DNA of 64,000 bases, from assembly GCF_000737315.1 (NCBI RefSeq), contig NZ_JMCB01000010.1, positions 248,001 through 312,000 on the forward strand, written 5' to 3'. The stretch's first letter is position 1; each line of letters begins with the position of its first letter. The position numbers and the translations under genes are program-made. This DNA is from Hyalangium minutum. Lineage in GTDB: Bacteria > Myxococcota > Myxococcia > Myxococcales > Myxococcaceae. The notes beneath the pieces were generated by a model. It saw only the letters and a program-made list of their open reading frames with translations, had not been told where the DNA came from and did not search any database. Positions 45,982 to 58,650 of this stretch are shown piece after piece.

Positions 45982-48198
45982 TCAAGGCGGGCTTCCACCG
46001 AGGAGGTCCACCGTGAATTTGGCGAAGACGCTGCGGCCGGGGCGCTGGACGCCGAAGAAGTCGAACGCGCGCGCATCGGTCAGGTTCTGTACGTCGAGGG
46101 TCCAGCTCATCGTCGTCCGCGAGGCCCGAGCGACGTAGGTGAGCGCGAGCGAGTGCAGGAACTGAGACGGCACGACCTGCTTCGAGTCCTGCTGTCCCAG
46201 GCCCTCCCACGCGCGGAAGAACGCGTGCACGTAGCGCGCGTGCCACGTCAGTGAGAGCCCATCCTGCGAGCTCATCAGACTGCTCAGCAGGAAGCGGGCG
46301 CTGCCGTTGGCCTGGAGGTAGGGCCGGTTGGGGATGCGCTGGCCGGTGAAGGAGCCGAACGTGCCCTCGCTGGAGGTGTTGCGGAAGTCCTGCCAGGTGA
46401 CGTTGCCATCGAGCGCGATGAGCTGCCCCGGAGAGGTCCACCCGGCTGCACCGGTGCCGCCCAGCGAGCGCGCCGCGAAGACGTTCTGGTGGGTGAAGAA
46501 GCTCTCCCGGCCAATGAGGACGATGAGCTGGTCCGCGAGCCGTCCAAACCCCGTCACGCTGGCCCGGAACGTGCCGCCCGGCGTCTCCCAGGCGTCGGTC
46601 GCGAGGCCCAGGTTGAGGTTGTGGCTGGTCTCGGGCTTCAGCTCGAGGTTGTCGTTGATGAGGATCCCATCTCCGAAGATCTCGTCCGGACGAGGCAGGC
46701 GCGTGGCCCACTCATAGGAAACCTTCGCGTAGAGCTGCTGGGACAGCCGGTAGCGAAGGCTGTCGCCCACGCCTCCTCTATATGTATCGAGCGCGATCCC
46801 CTCGAAACTCCCGCTGGGCAGAAGCTTCTCCGAGCGAGCCCGCTGAACGTAGCCCTTGAGAAAGGCGATGTTCTCCAGGCGGTCGTCGGGCGTGTCGAGC
46901 TCGACCTCAAGGCCTCCCACCGCCGAGAACAGGTTGCGCTCACCCTGGAGCGGATCGGGCTCCTGGCGCTCGCGGAGGCGGCGGTCCTCGCCCACCCGGC
47001 TCACCAGCGTGGGCGCGAGCGAGAAGCGCAGCATCCCGGGGCCGGCGAGATCCCACCCCATGTGCAGCCGCGCAAAGCCGGTGTGCTGCCCCACAATGCG
47101 CTCGACAGCCCGGGACTCGGCCTCACCCGGCTGGGGGAGCTCGATGACGCAGCGGCCGAACCAGTCATAGGCGCACGTCCCCACGTCCGTGAAGTGCGCT
47201 CTTCGCCACGTGTAGCCCGCCACGGCATTGAGCGACAGCCCCTGGGAGAACGTCTGCTCGAAGCGGACGGTGGAGCCCGCGGAGAACTCTCCGGAGCCCA
47301 CCTCGCCGTACGGCACATCCATGGTGACGTTGTGCTGGATGTCCTTGTCGTACTGGCTCGCGAAGACACGGAAGAGCAGGAGCTGGGCCCAAGGCCGCTC
47401 CACGACACCTGCTTCGACTCCGGCCCCTGCCGCCCGATAGCCGTCATGGAACCGCTCGACGCGCGTGAGCCGAACGCGGCCTTGTTCGTCGGCGGCCTCG
47501 ACGTCGATGGGATAGTCATTCCCCGCGTAATCGAAGAAGCCGTTGGCACGAACGACGAACTGGGAGGGCTCGTGGAAGTACCGCCCCCCCGCGGTGAGCC
47601 GGTGCGTGTGGAAGGACCCGATCTCGTAGGAGGCCGCGGCGCCCGTGTCCCGCACATCCTGATCGGTGACGAGGTTGAGCGCGCCCCCGAGCGCATCGGC
47701 TCCAAAGCGAATCGGCACGACGCCCTGGTAGATCTCGACGCTCTGAACCAGGTTGACCGGGACATTGGCGAGGCCCGGCCCGAAGCCCGCCATCTCCAGC
47801 GGAATCCCATCCACGAAGACGCGGATCTGCTCGTCCGTGAGCCCTGCCAGAGAGAGGCGCGTGCGGCTGCCGAGCCCCCCCGAGCGGCGCACCCCCACCC
47901 CCTCGGTTCGCGCCAGCGCCTCTCCCAGATCAGCAGCCTCGCGCTGGATGTGCTCGGTCTCGACGACCTGCACCGCTTCGGCCGACTGCTCCCGATGCTC
48001 CGCCTCCGACTTGCCCTGGACCGTGACCTCGATGGTCTCTTCGTAGACGGGCTCCGCCTCGGCTCCCGCCGAGGGCTCTTCCGCGTGGGCCAGCCCCGCA
48101 GCCAGCAGCCACACCCCGAGGGCCCAGCGCGGCCCGCCTCGGGCTCCACGCCTGCCCCGAGGCCCGAGCCTGTCCTTGATTATGATAATGGTTCTCAT
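45982..48198 (-). CDS. mxcH: TonB-dependent siderophore receptor (MxcH); start codon uncertain
   Basis: Plug motifs GVGVRRSGGLGS, VDGIPL, VEIYQGVVPIRFGADALGGALN; NLELKPETSHN; C-terminal QNLTD..FGVQRPGRS.F. Confidence 0.9.
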   Translation of the reverse strand: MRTIIIIKDRLGPRGRRGARGGPRWALGVWLLAAGLAHAEEPSAGAEAEPVYEETIEVTVQGKSEAEHREQSAEAVQVVETEHIQREAADLGEALARTEGVGVRRSGGLGSRTRLSLAGLTDEQIRVFVDGIPLEMAGFGPGLANVPVNLVQSVEIYQGVVPIRFGADALGGALNLVTDQDVRDTGAAASYEIGSFHTHRLTAGGRYFHEPSQFVVRANGFFDYAGNDYPIDVEAADEQGRVRLTRVERFHDGYRAAGAGVEAGVVERPWAQLLLFRVFASQYDKDIQHNVTMDVPYGEVGSGEFSAGSTVRFEQTFSQGLSLNAVAGYTWRRAHFTDVGTCAYDWFGRCVIELPQPGEAESRAVERIVGQHTGFARLHMGWDLAGPGMLRFSLAPTLVSRVGEDRRLRERQEPDPLQGERNLFSAVGGLEVELDTPDDRLENIAFLKGYVQRARSEKLLPSGSFEGIALDTYRGGVGDSLRYRLSQQLYAKVSYEWATRLPRPDEIFGDGILINDNLELKPETSHNLNLGLATDAWETPGGTFRASVTGFGRLADQLIVLIGRESFFTHQNVFAARSLGGTGAAGWTSPGQLIALDGNVTWQDFRNTSSEGTFGSFTGQRIPNRPYLQANGSARFLLSSLMSSQDGLSLTWHARYVHAFFRAWEGLGQQDSKQVVPSQFLHSLALTYVARASRTTMSWTLDVQNLTDARAFDFFGVQRPGRSVFAKFTVDLLGGSPP

Positions 48199-48202
48199 TT
48201 TC
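48184..48202. promoter_or_regulatory. Fur box at the mxcH 5' end
   Basis: GATAATGGTTCTCATTTTC, 15/19 to GATAATGATAATCATTATC; TTGACA on the minus strand at 48244-48239. Confidence 0.8.
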
Positions 48203-48257
48203 AACTGCGGGCTAGACCTACGCGCGCGGAGCCCATTGTGTCAAGGACGTTGGGGGA

Positions 48258-49634
48258 TCAGGCGGCCCGGGCCTCGGGGAGGCGCAACGTCTGGAGCTTC
48301 TCGGCCAAGAGGAAGGCGAGTTGGAGCGCCTGATCCGCGTTGAGGCGCGGATCGCAGTGGGTGTGGTAGCGGCTGGACAGGTCGTCCTCGGTCACCGCCT
48401 GGGCTCCTCCGAGGCACTCGGTGACATTCTGCCCGGTCATCTCGAGGTGGATGCCTCCCGGGTGGACGCCCTCCGCGGCGGCGACCTGGATGAAGGTCCT
48501 CACCTCCGTGAGGATGCGGTCGAAGGGCCGGGTCTTGTAGCCGTTGCCCGCCTTGAGCGTGTTGCCGTGCATCGGATCGATGGACCAGATGACGGAGCGT
48601 CCATCGCGCCGGGTCGCGTCCATCAGCCGAGGCAGACAATCGGCGGCCTTGTCCGCGCCGAAGCGGCCAATGATCGTCAGCCGCCCGGGGATGCTCTCGG
48701 GGTTGAGCCGATCGATCAACCGCAGCAGATCATCCGGCTCCATCGAGGGGCCGCACTTGAGGCCAATGGGGTTCTTGATGCCGCGCATGAACTCCACGTG
48801 GCCGCCGTCGATCTGGCGGGTGCGCTCGCCAATCCACAGCGTGTGCGCGGACATGTCGTACCAGTCCCCCGTGTCCGGATCGGCGCGGGTCATGACCTCC
48901 TCGACGTTCAAGAGGAGGGCCTCGTGGCTGGTGAAGAAGTCCACCTGGCTCAAGGCGTTCGCCTGCTCCGTGTTCATGCTGAGGGCGCGCATGAAGCAGA
49001 GGGACTCGAAGATCTGATCCGCCAGCTGGCGGTAGCGATCCCCCTGCGGGCTCCCGGCGATGAAGCCGAGCATCCACTGATGGATGTTGCAGAGGTCCGC
49101 ATAGCCCCCCTGCGAGAGGGAGCGCAGCAGGTTCAGCGTCTCCGAGGACTGGTGATAGGCCCTCAGGAGGCGCTTCGGATCCGGCGTGCGCTCGTGGGGA
49201 GCGAAGTCCATGCCGTTGATGATGTCGCCGCGATAAGACGGCAGTGTCACGCCGCCCTGGGTCTCCAGCGGGCTGGAGCGCGGCTTGGCGAACTGGCCGG
49301 CGATCCGGCCGACCTTCACCACCGGACGTCCCCCCGCGAAGGTGAGCACCACCGCCATCTGGAGGATGAGCCGGAAGGTGTCGCGGATGTTGTCGAGGGT
49401 GAACTCCTTGAAGCTCTCCGCGCAGTCACCGCCTTGCAGCAAGAACGCCTTGCCCTCGGCGACCTGGCCGAGCGCGGACGACAAGCGGCGGACCTCGGAG
49501 GCGGTCACGAGCGGAGGCAGGTGCGACAGCTCTTCCTCCGTGCGGGCGAGCGCGCGGGGGTCGGGATAATCCTCTGGGAGCTGTTGGACGGGACGGGCTC
49601 GCCAAGACTGGGGGGTCCAAGCTCGGGGCATCAT
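48258..49634 (-). CDS. Class II DAHP synthase (3-deoxy-7-phosphoheptulonate synthase; AroAA5-like)
   Basis: [74 protein letters not shown]. Confidence 0.95.
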   Translation of the reverse strand: MMPRAWTPQSWRARPVQQLPEDYPDPRALARTEEELSHLPPLVTASEVRRLSSALGQVAEGKAFLLQGGDCAESFKEFTLDNIRDTFRLILQMAVVLTFAGGRPVVKVGRIAGQFAKPRSSPLETQGGVTLPSYRGDIINGMDFAPHERTPDPKRLLRAYHQSSETLNLLRSLSQGGYADLCNIHQWMLGFIAGSPQGDRYRQLADQIFESLCFMRALSMNTEQANALSQVDFFTSHEALLLNVEEVMTRADPDTGDWYDMSAHTLWIGERTRQIDGGHVEFMRGIKNPIGLKCGPSMEPDDLLRLIDRLNPESIPGRLTIIGRFGADKAADCLPRLMDATRRDGRSVIWSIDPMHGNTLKAGNGYKTRPFDRILTEVRTFIQVAAAEGVHPGGIHLEMTGQNVTECLGGAQAVTEDDLSSRYHTHCDPRLNADQALQLAFLLAEKLQTLRLPEARAA

Positions 49635-52600
49635 GGCTTATCCTCTGCTTCGCGACGGAGGGCGGAGGGCTTGGGCAGCAGGCCCTGCTCTACGCAGGTG
49701 TCCAGGTAACGATACAGCAGTTGGCGATCCGTCGGGGGGCACGTGATGCCGCTGCCCCCCAGCGCCTGGGTGATCCGCTCACAGCGGATACGGCCCAGGC
49801 CGAAGGTGGGCTCTGCCGAGCCCGCGCGTAGGTCGAAGAACGCCAGGGTGGTGCGGTTGTCGGCGGTGCTCGCACCTTGCGCCAACCGGGCGCTCCATTC
49901 GGGGACGGGGCACAGCTCGACCGGGTAGCCATAGTCGCGGACCCAGCCGAACAGCTCGGACAGCTTCACCTCGGCCGTGGGCGCGACGTTGAACACCCCC
50001 GAGGCCTGTGGCGTCAGCAGGAGCCGCACGAGCGCCCGCGCCACGAAGTCCACCGGCGTCCAGGTCTCTCCCACCTCGAGCTGAGGCAGTGCCCCGGCGG
50101 GGATTCCAGCCAGGAGGATGCGCCAGACCAGATCCTGCGTGTTGACGAGGCCCGTGCCAGGAGCGCCCACGACGCGGCCCAGCCTGTAGACGGAGACGGG
50201 CAGGCCTCGCTCAGCGGCTTGTTGGACCAGCCGCTCCGCGATCCACTTGCTCTGCTGATAGCCGTCTCGGAGCCCCAGGTGGTGTGGAACGAACTCCTCG
50301 GGGACCTCGGGGCTGAGGTTCGCCTGGGGGGCCACCGCCAGCGTCGAGACGTAGTGCAGAGGCTTGATGTGAACGGCCGCGGCCAGCCGCAGAAGCTCGC
50401 GCGTCCCTCGAACATTCACCGCCTGCAGGCTGCCGTACTCGCGCACGACGCTGACCACGGCGGCGTTGTGGAGGATCGCATCACACTCGGCGGCCAGCTG
50501 ATGGAACCGCGCGGTCCCCAGTCCCAGCCATGGCTGCGTCAGGTCCGCCGGGAGCGCCAGCACCCGCTGGGCGAGTCCTTCTGGAGAGAGTCCCTGCCCC
50601 GCCAGCGCCGAGCGAAGCCGCTCCATGGCCTGGGCCTCGTCCTGAGCGCGGACCAGACAGACCACGTGCGCCTCGGTCTGGCGCAGGAGCTGATCCAGCA
50701 GATGCGCGCCAACGAAGCCGGTGGCACCGGTGAGCAGCACGTGCCGCGGAGCCGCTCGCGTCCTGGGCTCTGCGGCGCGTGGCCCTCGGCTCTCGGGATC
50801 CTGAGGGCCCCCCTGGAGCTTCGGAACCACTTCCTCAGGCAGCTCGGCGTCCGCGAGCATGGCCGGGGTGAGCCCGCCACTCCCCTCCCCTGCCACCGCG
50901 CCCTGCCCCAAGGCCTGGGCCAGCCCTGCGGCTGTCGGGTAGCGAAACACCGTGGCAACGGGAACCTCACGGCCCAGTGCAATCGAGAGCCTGTTGGCCA
51001 CCTGGATGGTCTGCAGCGACTGCCCGCCCAGCTCGAAGAAGTCGTCTTGGGCCGATACAGCGCTCACCCCGAGGACTTGCTCCCAGACTCGCAGCACCAC
51101 GTGCTCGAGCTCGGTGGCGGCGCCTGACTGAACCTCCTCTTCCACGGGAAGGGACCGGCGCAGCGTGCCCCGATCGATCTTGCCTGTCGGAGTCCGAGGC
51201 AACTGCTCCGCGAAGATGAAGTGGCCCGGTACCATGGGCGCAGGAAGCGCCGCGAGCAGATACCGGCGGAGTTCCGCCGCCGTGGGAGCAGGCACCACGG
51301 GGACGACGTGGGCACACAGCCGCCGAGTCCCACTCGGGAGCACCTGTCCAACCACAGCCGCTTCGAACACTCCAGGGTGACCCAGCAGCACGGTCTCGAC
51401 CTCAGCGGGATCGATCCGGTGACCGCTGATCTTGAACTCGTCGTCGACCCGTCCCGCGAACACCAGCTGCCCGTCCTCACTCAGCCGGGCCCGGTCTCCG
51501 GTGCGGTACGCGCGGGGACGGCCGGGCAAGGACTCAAGCGTCACGAAGCGCGCGGCGTCCAGCTCTGGACGCCCCAGATAGCCTCGGGCAAGGGCTCCTC
51601 CGGCCAGGTACAGCTCCCCCTCGGAGCCTGGAGCCGCAGGCACTCCACGCCCATCCAGGAGCACGGCCTGCACACCCGGCAGCGGTCGGCCGATGGGCAC
51701 TTCCTCTCCCGAGTTCCCTGCGACGGGGCCACCACTGAGCGTCGCGACCGTCGCGACCACGGTCGCTTCGGTAGGCCCGTAGGTGTTGAGCAGCAGCACC
51801 TCGGGTCCAACGGAGGCCCGCCAGCGAGCCACGCGCTCCGGCAACGCGGCCTCCCCTCCGATGATGACCAGGCGAAGAGAAGAAGGCAGCTTGGCCACTC
51901 CCGTCGAGACGCTGTAGGCCACCTCGTGCCAGAACGCCGTGGGCAGATCGAGGACGGTGACGCCCCGCTCCACGCAGGCTTCCATCAGCCTCGGCACGGA
52001 CTGGAGCATCTCATCGGTGCGCACCACCAGCTTCGCGCCCACGCAGAGGGTCAGGAAGATCTCCTCGACGCTGGCATCGAAGTGCAGCGGTGCGAACTGC
52101 AGCACCCGATCCTCACGGCTGAAGCTGTAACGCTGCGTCGCCCCCGCCACGAAGTGGGCCAGCGCGCCGCGGGAGATTTGCACCCCGTTCGGCTGCCCAG
52201 TCGATCCAGAGGTGTAGATGACATAGGCCAGTTGCTCGTCCGTCGGCCGCGCGGCAGGAGGCTTTTGAGAGGCCGCCTCATTCTTCCGCACGGAGAGGTG
52301 GACACCGTCCGCCTCCTGAGTGGAGGAGATGATCAGCTCAGGCGCGGCATCCGCGAGAATCGCCGCGTTCCTGGGCGTGGGCCCCAGCGGATCCATCGGA
52401 AGGTATCCGGCCCCGGAGAACAGCACCCCGAGACTCGCCACGATCGCATCGATGCCCCGCGGCACCATCACCGCAACGAGCGTGTCGGGCCGCACACCCG
52501 CCTCGACGAGCCGGTCCGCCAACGCGCGTGCGGACTGGATGAGCTCGCGATAGGTCAGCCGCTGGGAGCCGTGCTCCACTGCGATCACCTCGGGTTGTTC

Positions 52601-54013
52601 GAGGGCTCGCTCCGAGAGCAGCTCCACCACGGGCCGCGCGGGTACGGGAAGAGGACCACCATCGAGCGCGGCGAGAACACGCTGGGCACGAGCCTCCTCC
52701 GCGGGCGCATTCGTCGCTCTGGCCTGCCGGATGGCCTTCTCGGGAGCGTCCGTCAGCGCCCCCAGGAGCTGGAGGAACTCGTGCTGGAGCGTGTCCAGCT
52801 CATCGGCGCGATAGCAGGCGGGGTTGGCATCGAAGTCGATCCGCATCCCGCTTCCATCCGACCGGGGATACAGCCCGATCGAGAGGTCCTCGACAGGCCC
52901 CGCGGAGATGTTGTGCGACACGGCTGGCATGCCCGCGAAGCGCAGCGCATGGTCGAACGGCATGATGTTGACCACGGGGCCGAACAGCCGGCGCTGCCCG
53001 CCCACCAGGCGAAGATCGCGGCGGAGCTGCTCGTAGCGGTAGCGCAGGTGGGGCCGGATGGCGCGAAGCTCCGCAGCCACTCCACGCGCCACCTCGAGCA
53101 ACCCCGCCTCGGGCTGAACCCGCACGCGCAGCGGCACGATGTTCATCGCCATGCACGGCACGCGCAGCGCGGCCGAGCCCAGCCGCGACATGACCGGCAG
53201 GCCGAGCACCACCTCCGGTGCCTGCGTCCGCTGGTGCAGCCACGCTGCCGTGGCCGCGAGCACGAGGTCGGACCAGCTCAGCCCCGCCCGGGCCGCGGTC
53301 GCCTTCAGACGATCCATCTCCTCGAGCGGCAGGGGACGCGTCTGGCGCACGAAGCGGGCCGACATGGGGGCGGGCGCGGCCAGGCTCACCGGGGTGAGCC
53401 GGTCAGCGAAGCGCTCCATCCAGAAGGCGCGGTCGAGCGCGCATTGCGGTCCGGCGGCATACGCCGCGTCCTCGTCGAGCACGGCGCGCAGAGAACCAAA
53501 GCCCCCGGCCACGGGGCGGCCAGAGGCCAGCGCGGTGTAGAGCTCGGCCACGCGGCGCGACAGGAGCGAGAAGCCATAGCCATCCAGCGCGATGTGATGG
53601 ACGCGCTGGTACCAGAAGAAGCGATCAGGAGCCGCCTGGAGCAGCGCCTGGACAAACAGCGGGCCGCGGCTCAGCTCGACGGGCCACGAGAGGTCTTCCC
53701 TCATCCAGTCCTGCGCGGCCTGCCACGGCTCGGGCGTGCCACGGAGATCGACGGCCTGGAGCATCCACTCCTGCGCAGGCGCGAGGATCTGCCGGGGGCC
53801 GTCCTCACCGGGAATGAAGCGCGCGTGGAGCGCCTCGGCCTCTCTCACGGCCTGCCGCAGGGCGGACTCGAACAGGGCCCGGTCCACGGGGCCCCGGATC
53901 TCGATGCACTCCGCGGCGTTGTACACGGCGCTGTGGCGGTCGAGCTGCTGGCCGAGCCAGATTCCGTGCTGGGCCGCCGACAGCGGCAAGGGAGCTTCTC
54001 GTGACGCGTGCAT
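49631..54013 (-). CDS. mxcG: Myxochelin NRPS MxcG (C-A-PCP-thioester reductase)
   Basis: C domain HHIALDG; A domain [29 protein letters not shown]; PCP GGQSL; R domain [16 protein letters not shown]; TAATG overlap with mxcF. Confidence 0.95.
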   Translation of the reverse strand: MHASREAPLPLSAAQHGIWLGQQLDRHSAVYNAAECIEIRGPVDRALFESALRQAVREAEALHARFIPGEDGPRQILAPAQEWMLQAVDLRGTPEPWQAAQDWMREDLSWPVELSRGPLFVQALLQAAPDRFFWYQRVHHIALDGYGFSLLSRRVAELYTALASGRPVAGGFGSLRAVLDEDAAYAAGPQCALDRAFWMERFADRLTPVSLAAPAPMSARFVRQTRPLPLEEMDRLKATAARAGLSWSDLVLAATAAWLHQRTQAPEVVLGLPVMSRLGSAALRVPCMAMNIVPLRVRVQPEAGLLEVARGVAAELRAIRPHLRYRYEQLRRDLRLVGGQRRLFGPVVNIMPFDHALRFAGMPAVSHNISAGPVEDLSIGLYPRSDGSGMRIDFDANPACYRADELDTLQHEFLQLLGALTDAPEKAIRQARATNAPAEEARAQRVLAALDGGPLPVPARPVVELLSERALEQPEVIAVEHGSQRLTYRELIQSARALADRLVEAGVRPDTLVAVMVPRGIDAIVASLGVLFSGAGYLPMDPLGPTPRNAAILADAAPELIISSTQEADGVHLSVRKNEAASQKPPAARPTDEQLAYVIYTSGSTGQPNGVQISRGALAHFVAGATQRYSFSREDRVLQFAPLHFDASVEEIFLTLCVGAKLVVRTDEMLQSVPRLMEACVERGVTVLDLPTAFWHEVAYSVSTGVAKLPSSLRLVIIGGEAALPERVARWRASVGPEVLLLNTYGPTEATVVATVATLSGGPVAGNSGEEVPIGRPLPGVQAVLLDGRGVPAAPGSEGELYLAGGALARGYLGRPELDAARFVTLESLPGRPRAYRTGDRARLSEDGQLVFAGRVDDEFKISGHRIDPAEVETVLLGHPGVFEAAVVGQVLPSGTRRLCAHVVPVVPAPTAAELRRYLLAALPAPMVPGHFIFAEQLPRTPTGKIDRGTLRRSLPVEEEVQSGAATELEHVVLRVWEQVLGVSAVSAQDDFFELGGQSLQTIQVANRLSIALGREVPVATVFRYPTAAGLAQALGQGAVAGEGSGGLTPAMLADAELPEEVVPKLQGGPQDPESRGPRAAEPRTRAAPRHVLLTGATGFVGAHLLDQLLRQTEAHVVCLVRAQDEAQAMERLRSALAGQGLSPEGLAQRVLALPADLTQPWLGLGTARFHQLAAECDAILHNAAVVSVVREYGSLQAVNVRGTRELLRLAAAVHIKPLHYVSTLAVAPQANLSPEVPEEFVPHHLGLRDGYQQSKWIAERLVQQAAERGLPVSVYRLGRVVGAPGTGLVNTQDLVWRILLAGIPAGALPQLEVGETWTPVDFVARALVRLLLTPQASGVFNVAPTAEVKLSELFGWVRDYGYPVELCPVPEWSARLAQGASTADNRTTLAFFDLRAGSAEPTFGLGRIRCERITQALGGSGITCPPTDRQLLYRYLDTCVEQGLLPKPSALRREAEDKP

Positions 54014-54918
54014 TACTCGCGCGCTCCGGCAGGAAGAGAGCCCACCGCGCCGGAGCACACCATCGCGTACCAGTGGGTCAGCGTCGGGCGCTCGGCCAGC
54101 TCCACGAAGGAGATCTCGGCACCGGCGCTCCGCCAGCGCTCGATCAGGCTCATGAGCCGGATCGAGTCGAGCCCCCGCTCGAGCAGGTTGTCGTCATCCC
54201 CGAGCACCAACGAAGGCTCGGCCAGCACCTCGGCGACATCCGCGCGCAGCTGCTGGCGGCTCAATCCGCTCTGCACGGCGGCGGGCCCCAGCATCTCGAT
54301 GAGCCGCTGTGTCGTCGTGGTGACCGCGCACAACTGCGAGGCATAGGTCAGCGCCATCTGGTGGTGGTTCAAGGAGAAGTCCGCCAGCGCATCGGCGACG
54401 AGGAACGGCTGCACATCGCTCATGAAGGCATCGCTGGCCGTCTGGAGGCAGCCGATGTGGGCGTAGATGCCGCAGATGATGAGCTGATCGCGTCCCTGCT
54501 GGCGGAGCACGTCCATCAGCTCGGTCTTCCGGAACGCGCTGTAGCGCCACTTGGTGAGGAGGATGTCATTCGCGCCGGGAGTCAGGTCCTCGACGATCTG
54601 CTTCTGCTGGTTCTCCGCCTTCACACCGGGTCCCCAGAAATCCCTCAGGAGGCCGCGCTGCTCCGGGGTCTGCCCCCCAGGCTGGGCCGAGTACACCACC
54701 GGAATTCCCAGCGCGGTGCAGTGCTGGCGCAGCTGCCGGATGTTCGCCACCAGCTCCGTCACCGGAGACTCGCCGCGGGTAAAGGCCTCCACGAAGTAGC
54801 GCTGCATGTCGTGGATCAGCAGCGCCGCGCGCCGAGGCTCGGGCGTCCAGGACACCTTGTTCCTGGGCAGGTCGGCGGCGCTGGGCATGGGATAGGGTGC
54901 AATGGAGGGAAGTGCCAT
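54013..54918 (-). CDS. mxcF: Isochorismatase with C-terminal aryl carrier protein (MxcF/EntB-like)
   Basis: [27 protein letters not shown], Ar[10 protein letters not shown]. Confidence 0.95.
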   Translation of the reverse strand: MALPSIAPYPMPSAADLPRNKVSWTPEPRRAALLIHDMQRYFVEAFTRGESPVTELVANIRQLRQHCTALGIPVVYSAQPGGQTPEQRGLLRDFWGPGVKAENQQKQIVEDLTPGANDILLTKWRYSAFRKTELMDVLRQQGRDQLIICGIYAHIGCLQTASDAFMSDVQPFLVADALADFSLNHHQMALTYASQLCAVTTTTQRLIEMLGPAAVQSGLSRQQLRADVAEVLAEPSLVLGDDDNLLERGLDSIRLMSLIERWRSAGAEISFVELAERPTLTHWYAMVCSGAVGSLPAGARE

Positions 54919-54932
54919 GATGGAAAGTCCTG

Positions 54933-56597
54933 TCACCGAAGAGAGGGGGAAGCCGTGTTTCGAGTAGAAGAGACGAGCGCCTCGCGGAGGGCCTTCTTGC
55001 TGACTTTTCCGACGGCGGTCTGCGGGAACGCGGGGACGAACTCGACGCGATCCGGAATCTTGTAGGCCGCGAGCCCTCGCTCCCGGAGGAACGCGGTGAG
55101 CACGTTTGCGGCCGGCGGCGCGCCCCGAGAGATGACGAAGGCACAGGTGCGCTCGCCGAGGAAGGCATCCGGCAGCGCCACCACCGCCGCATCCTGCACG
55201 GTGGGATGAGCCAGCAGGTGGTTCTCGACCTCCTCCGCGGCGACCTTCTCACCGCCTCGGTTGATCTGATCCTTGGCGCGACCCTCGACCACCAAGTAGC
55301 CCTCTGGCGTCACCCGGACCAAGTCGCCCGTGCAGTAGAACCCATCGTCCGTGAAGACGCGCGCGTTGTGGGCCTCGGCGTTGTAGTAGCCGCGAATGGT
55401 GTAGGGACCCCGCGTCAGGAGCTGGCCGACCTCCCCCGGAGCCACCTCGTGGCCGTCCTCGTCCACCACCCGGATCTCATCGTCGCGAGAGATGGGCCGG
55501 CCCTGGGTGGTGACGATGAGCTCCTCGGAGTCATCCAGCCGGGTGTAGTTCACCAGTCCCTCGGCCATTCCGTAGACCTGCTGCAGCGTGCAGCCCAGCG
55601 TGGGCTTCACGCGCCGGGCCACCTCGGTGCTGAGCCGAGCCCCGCCCACCTGCAGCACGCGCAGGCTCGACAAGTCATGGCGCTTGGCCTTGGCGGCCTC
55701 CAGCCAGACCATCGCCAGCGGAGGCACCAGCGCGGTGATCGTGACGCGCTCCCGCTCGATCAGCGGGAAAGCCTCTTCGGGGCTGGGGTGCGGCGCCAGC
55801 ACGACCGTGCCCCCCGCGTACAGCGTGCCCAGGGAGCCCGGCGAGCTCATCGGGAAGTTGTGCGCGGCGGGCAGCGCGCAGAGGTACACGCTCGACTCAT
55901 CGAGCTGGCAGATCTCGGCGCTCGCGCGAACGCTATAGATGTAGTCATCGTGGGTGCGCGGAATGAGCTTGGGCGCCCCCGTGCTCCCGCCCGACAACTG
56001 GAAGAACGCCACGTCGCTGGGCTGCGGCTCCGGGGGCGCGACCGGCGAGGCCTCATACAGCTCGCGAAGCGAGAGGAACGGGCCCGGATCTCCTGCGACG
56101 ATCACCTTTCGCAGGGTTGGCACCTTCCCTAGCATCTGGCCGGCCAGCGTGCGGTAGTCGAAGCCCGCGTGCTTGTCCGGGATGATGTAGGCGGCCGCCT
56201 CGGTGAACTCGCAGAAGTAGCCAATCTCGGCGCTGCGATGCGCGGGCAGGGCGAACACCGGCAGCGCCCCCAGCCGGAACAGCGCGAAGCACACCTCGTA
56301 GAAGGCAGCAACGTTCGGCAGCTGCACCACCACGCGCTCCCGAGGCCGGATGCCCAGCGCCCAGAAGCCAGCGGCCAGCCGCTCGGCTCGAGCGTCCAGC
56401 TCGCGGTAGCTCCACCGCTCCTTGCCAGCCACGAGCGCCGTGCGCTCACCGTGGCGCAGCGCCCGCTCGCGCAGCATCTGCCCGAAGGTCTCCCCTCTCC
56501 AGTAGCCCGCCTGCCGGTAGCGTGCGGCGAACGCCTCGGGCCAGGAGGGACAGCCTGGGAGCGGAGCTTCTCCTTTCAGAGGGAGGGCGGCGCTCAC
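54933..56597 (-). CDS. mxcE: 2,3-dihydroxybenzoate-AMP ligase (MxcE/EntE-like)
   Basis: [51 protein letters not shown]. Confidence 0.95.
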   Translation of the reverse strand: MSAALPLKGEAPLPGCPSWPEAFAARYRQAGYWRGETFGQMLRERALRHGERTALVAGKERWSYRELDARAERLAAGFWALGIRPRERVVVQLPNVAAFYEVCFALFRLGALPVFALPAHRSAEIGYFCEFTEAAAYIIPDKHAGFDYRTLAGQMLGKVPTLRKVIVAGDPGPFLSLRELYEASPVAPPEPQPSDVAFFQLSGGSTGAPKLIPRTHDDYIYSVRASAEICQLDESSVYLCALPAAHNFPMSSPGSLGTLYAGGTVVLAPHPSPEEAFPLIERERVTITALVPPLAMVWLEAAKAKRHDLSSLRVLQVGGARLSTEVARRVKPTLGCTLQQVYGMAEGLVNYTRLDDSEELIVTTQGRPISRDDEIRVVDEDGHEVAPGEVGQLLTRGPYTIRGYYNAEAHNARVFTDDGFYCTGDLVRVTPEGYLVVEGRAKDQINRGGEKVAAEEVENHLLAHPTVQDAAVVALPDAFLGERTCAFVISRGAPPAANVLTAFLRERGLAAYKIPDRVEFVPAFPQTAVGKVSKKALREALVSSTRNTASPSLR

Positions 56598-57820
56598 GGC
56601 TGCGCCTCCACACCCTGCCCCAGCCCCATCGCCTGGAGCATGGTACGGAACTTGGCCTCGGTCTCCGCCAGCTCGGACTCGGGCTTCGAGCCGGCCACGA
56701 TCCCCGCTCCCGCGAACAGCCGCAGCGAGTTCTCATCGGCCTCCGCGCACCGGATGGTCACGGCCCACTGCCCGTCCCCGTTCGCGTCGCACCAGCCCAC
56801 GGTGCCCGTGTAGAAGCCCCGCTCGAAGGGCTCGATCGCGTCAATGGTCTCCTGGGCCAGCTCGGTCGGGTGACCACACACCGCAGGCGTGGGATGCAGC
56901 GCCACGGCCAGGGTGAGCGAGGAGATCGACGGGTCCGCCAGCTCGCCGGTGATCCGGCTCGACAGGTGCCACATCGTCGCCGTGCTGACGAGCGACGGCC
57001 CCGCCGGCACCACCAGGTTCTTGCAGTACGGCCGCATGGCCTCCACGACCGCCTCGATCACGACGGCGTGCTCGTGAAGATCCTTGGGCGACTTCAACAG
57101 GGCGGCGGCCCGGGCCTGATCCTCGCTCGGGTCCGCGCTGCGCGCCGCCGAACCCGCCAGCGGATTGGCAAGCGCCTGCAGCCCGTTCCGCGAGACCAGC
57201 AGCTCGGGGCTGGCGCCGATCAGCGTGCGGCCCCCTGTCCCACCCGCCTCGGCAAGCTGCGGAGGCAGGTCCACCGCGAAGGTGTAGCCGGTGGGGTTGC
57301 GCTGAGCCAGGTTGCGCAGCAGCTGTCGCAAGTCGATCGGAGCAGCGGCGCGAAGGTGCAGCGACCGGGACAGAACCACCTTGCGCAGCGGCCCGTGCTC
57401 CATCAACTTCAAGGCCCGCGCCACGCCATTCAGGTAAGCCGCTGGCTCGGGAACAGGCCGCACCGTGTACCGAGACACCGGCGCGAGGTGCGGGACAGCC
57501 CCCGGCTCGAACACCAGCGGTCCGGCCCGCTGAATGGTCTGCGGCACCACCAGCTGGGCGGAGATCCTTCCGTCGAAAGGCACGGCTCCGACCGCCACCG
57601 GAATGTCATGGTCGGCCTGACGCGCCTCGTGGAGCACCGCCGCCACGCGCTCGGGCAGCCGCGACAGCGAGTCCGTGCCGCCCGGGTGGGGCACGGTGGC
57701 AAACGTCCCCCGCGCCAGCAGTGTGCGCCGGGGCGACGCAAAGAAGAAGGACGAACCCGGCTCGTAGCTCTCGAGCAACTGCGCAGCCAGCTTCTGGGAT
57801 CCCATCGCACGTTCGATCAT
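56594..57820 (-). CDS. mxcD: Isochorismate synthase (MxcD/DhbC-like)
   Basis: [66 protein letters not shown]. Confidence 0.95.
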   Translation of the reverse strand: MIERAMGSQKLAAQLLESYEPGSSFFFASPRRTLLARGTFATVPHPGGTDSLSRLPERVAAVLHEARQADHDIPVAVGAVPFDGRISAQLVVPQTIQRAGPLVFEPGAVPHLAPVSRYTVRPVPEPAAYLNGVARALKLMEHGPLRKVVLSRSLHLRAAAPIDLRQLLRNLAQRNPTGYTFAVDLPPQLAEAGGTGGRTLIGASPELLVSRNGLQALANPLAGSAARSADPSEDQARAAALLKSPKDLHEHAVVIEAVVEAMRPYCKNLVVPAGPSLVSTATMWHLSSRITGELADPSISSLTLAVALHPTPAVCGHPTELAQETIDAIEPFERGFYTGTVGWCDANGDGQWAVTIRCAEADENSLRLFAGAGIVAGSKPESELAETEAKFRTMLQAMGLGQGVEAQP

Positions 57821-57840
57821 CGGCAGCACCTCATGACTCT

Positions 57841-57859
57841 GATTTTGATAACCATTCTC
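57841..57859. promoter_or_regulatory. Fur-box-like site in the mxcC-mxcD intergenic gap
   Basis: Minus strand GAGAATGGTTATCAAAATC, 14/19 to consensus; AT-rich island in a GC-rich operon. Confidence 0.6.
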
Positions 57860-57861
57860 AA

Positions 57862-58635
57862 CTAAACGCCGAGCGTCGCCCCGCCATCGACATAGAGGTC
57901 GTGCAGGGTGATGTGGCGCGCGCGCTCGGAGACGAGGAAGGACACGGCCTCGGCGACATCCTCGGGCGTGGCGATGCGGCGCAGCGGGATGCCCACCTTG
58001 AAGGTCTCGGGGGAGCCCGCGATCACCGCCTGGGCTCCGTTCTCGTCGGCCCACAAGGCGCGCTGCATGGCCGTGTCGGTCGAGCCGGGAGACACCACGT
58101 TGCAGCGGATGTTGTACTGGGCCAGCTCGAGCCCCAGGCACTTGGTGAACATGGTGGAGGCGGCCTTGGACGCGGCGTAGGCGGCCATCTGCATCCGCGG
58201 CGTTCCGGCGGCGTTCGAACCCACGGTGACGATCACCCCGCTCCGGCGCGGCACCATGCGCCGGGCCACCGCGCGCGACATGTGGAAGACCCCGTGGGTG
58301 TTCACCGCGAAGGTGGCGGCCCAGTCTTCGTCGCTGAACGACACGACCGGTCCGGTCCGCAGCACTCCGGCCACGTTGACCAGGATGCCGATGGGTCCCA
58401 GCTCTCGCTCGACCGTCTCCACCACTCGCTCGACTGCGGCGCTGTCACCCACATTGGCCGCGAAGGCCGCGGCACGAGCCCCCCGCTCGCGCAGCTCGGC
58501 AGCCAGCGCCGCCACCTTCCCCTCTTGGAGATCGACCGCCGCGATCATCGAGTCGGCGGCCAGCACCCGTGCCACCGCCGCACCAATTCCCTGCGCGGCC
58601 CCGGTCACCAGGGCCACCTTCTGGCTGCTTGCCAT
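57862..58635 (-). CDS. mxcC: 2,3-dihydro-2,3-dihydroxybenzoate dehydrogenase (MxcC/EntA-like)
   Basis: [62 protein letters not shown]. Confidence 0.95.
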   Translation of the reverse strand: MASSQKVALVTGAAQGIGAAVARVLAADSMIAAVDLQEGKVAALAAELRERGARAAAFAANVGDSAAVERVVETVERELGPIGILVNVAGVLRTGPVVSFSDEDWAATFAVNTHGVFHMSRAVARRMVPRRSGVIVTVGSNAAGTPRMQMAAYAASKAASTMFTKCLGLELAQYNIRCNVVSPGSTDTAMQRALWADENGAQAVIAGSPETFKVGIPLRRIATPEDVAEAVSFLVSERARHITLHDLYVDGGATLGV

Positions 58636-58650
58636 TGCCGTGCTCTCCGC

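Noticed and set aside
44720-46711. ORF-track 663-aa version of mxcI
   Set aside because: The upstream part overlaps mxcH in another frame; the lipoprotein signal begins at ATG 45949 after an AGGAAGG-like RBS.
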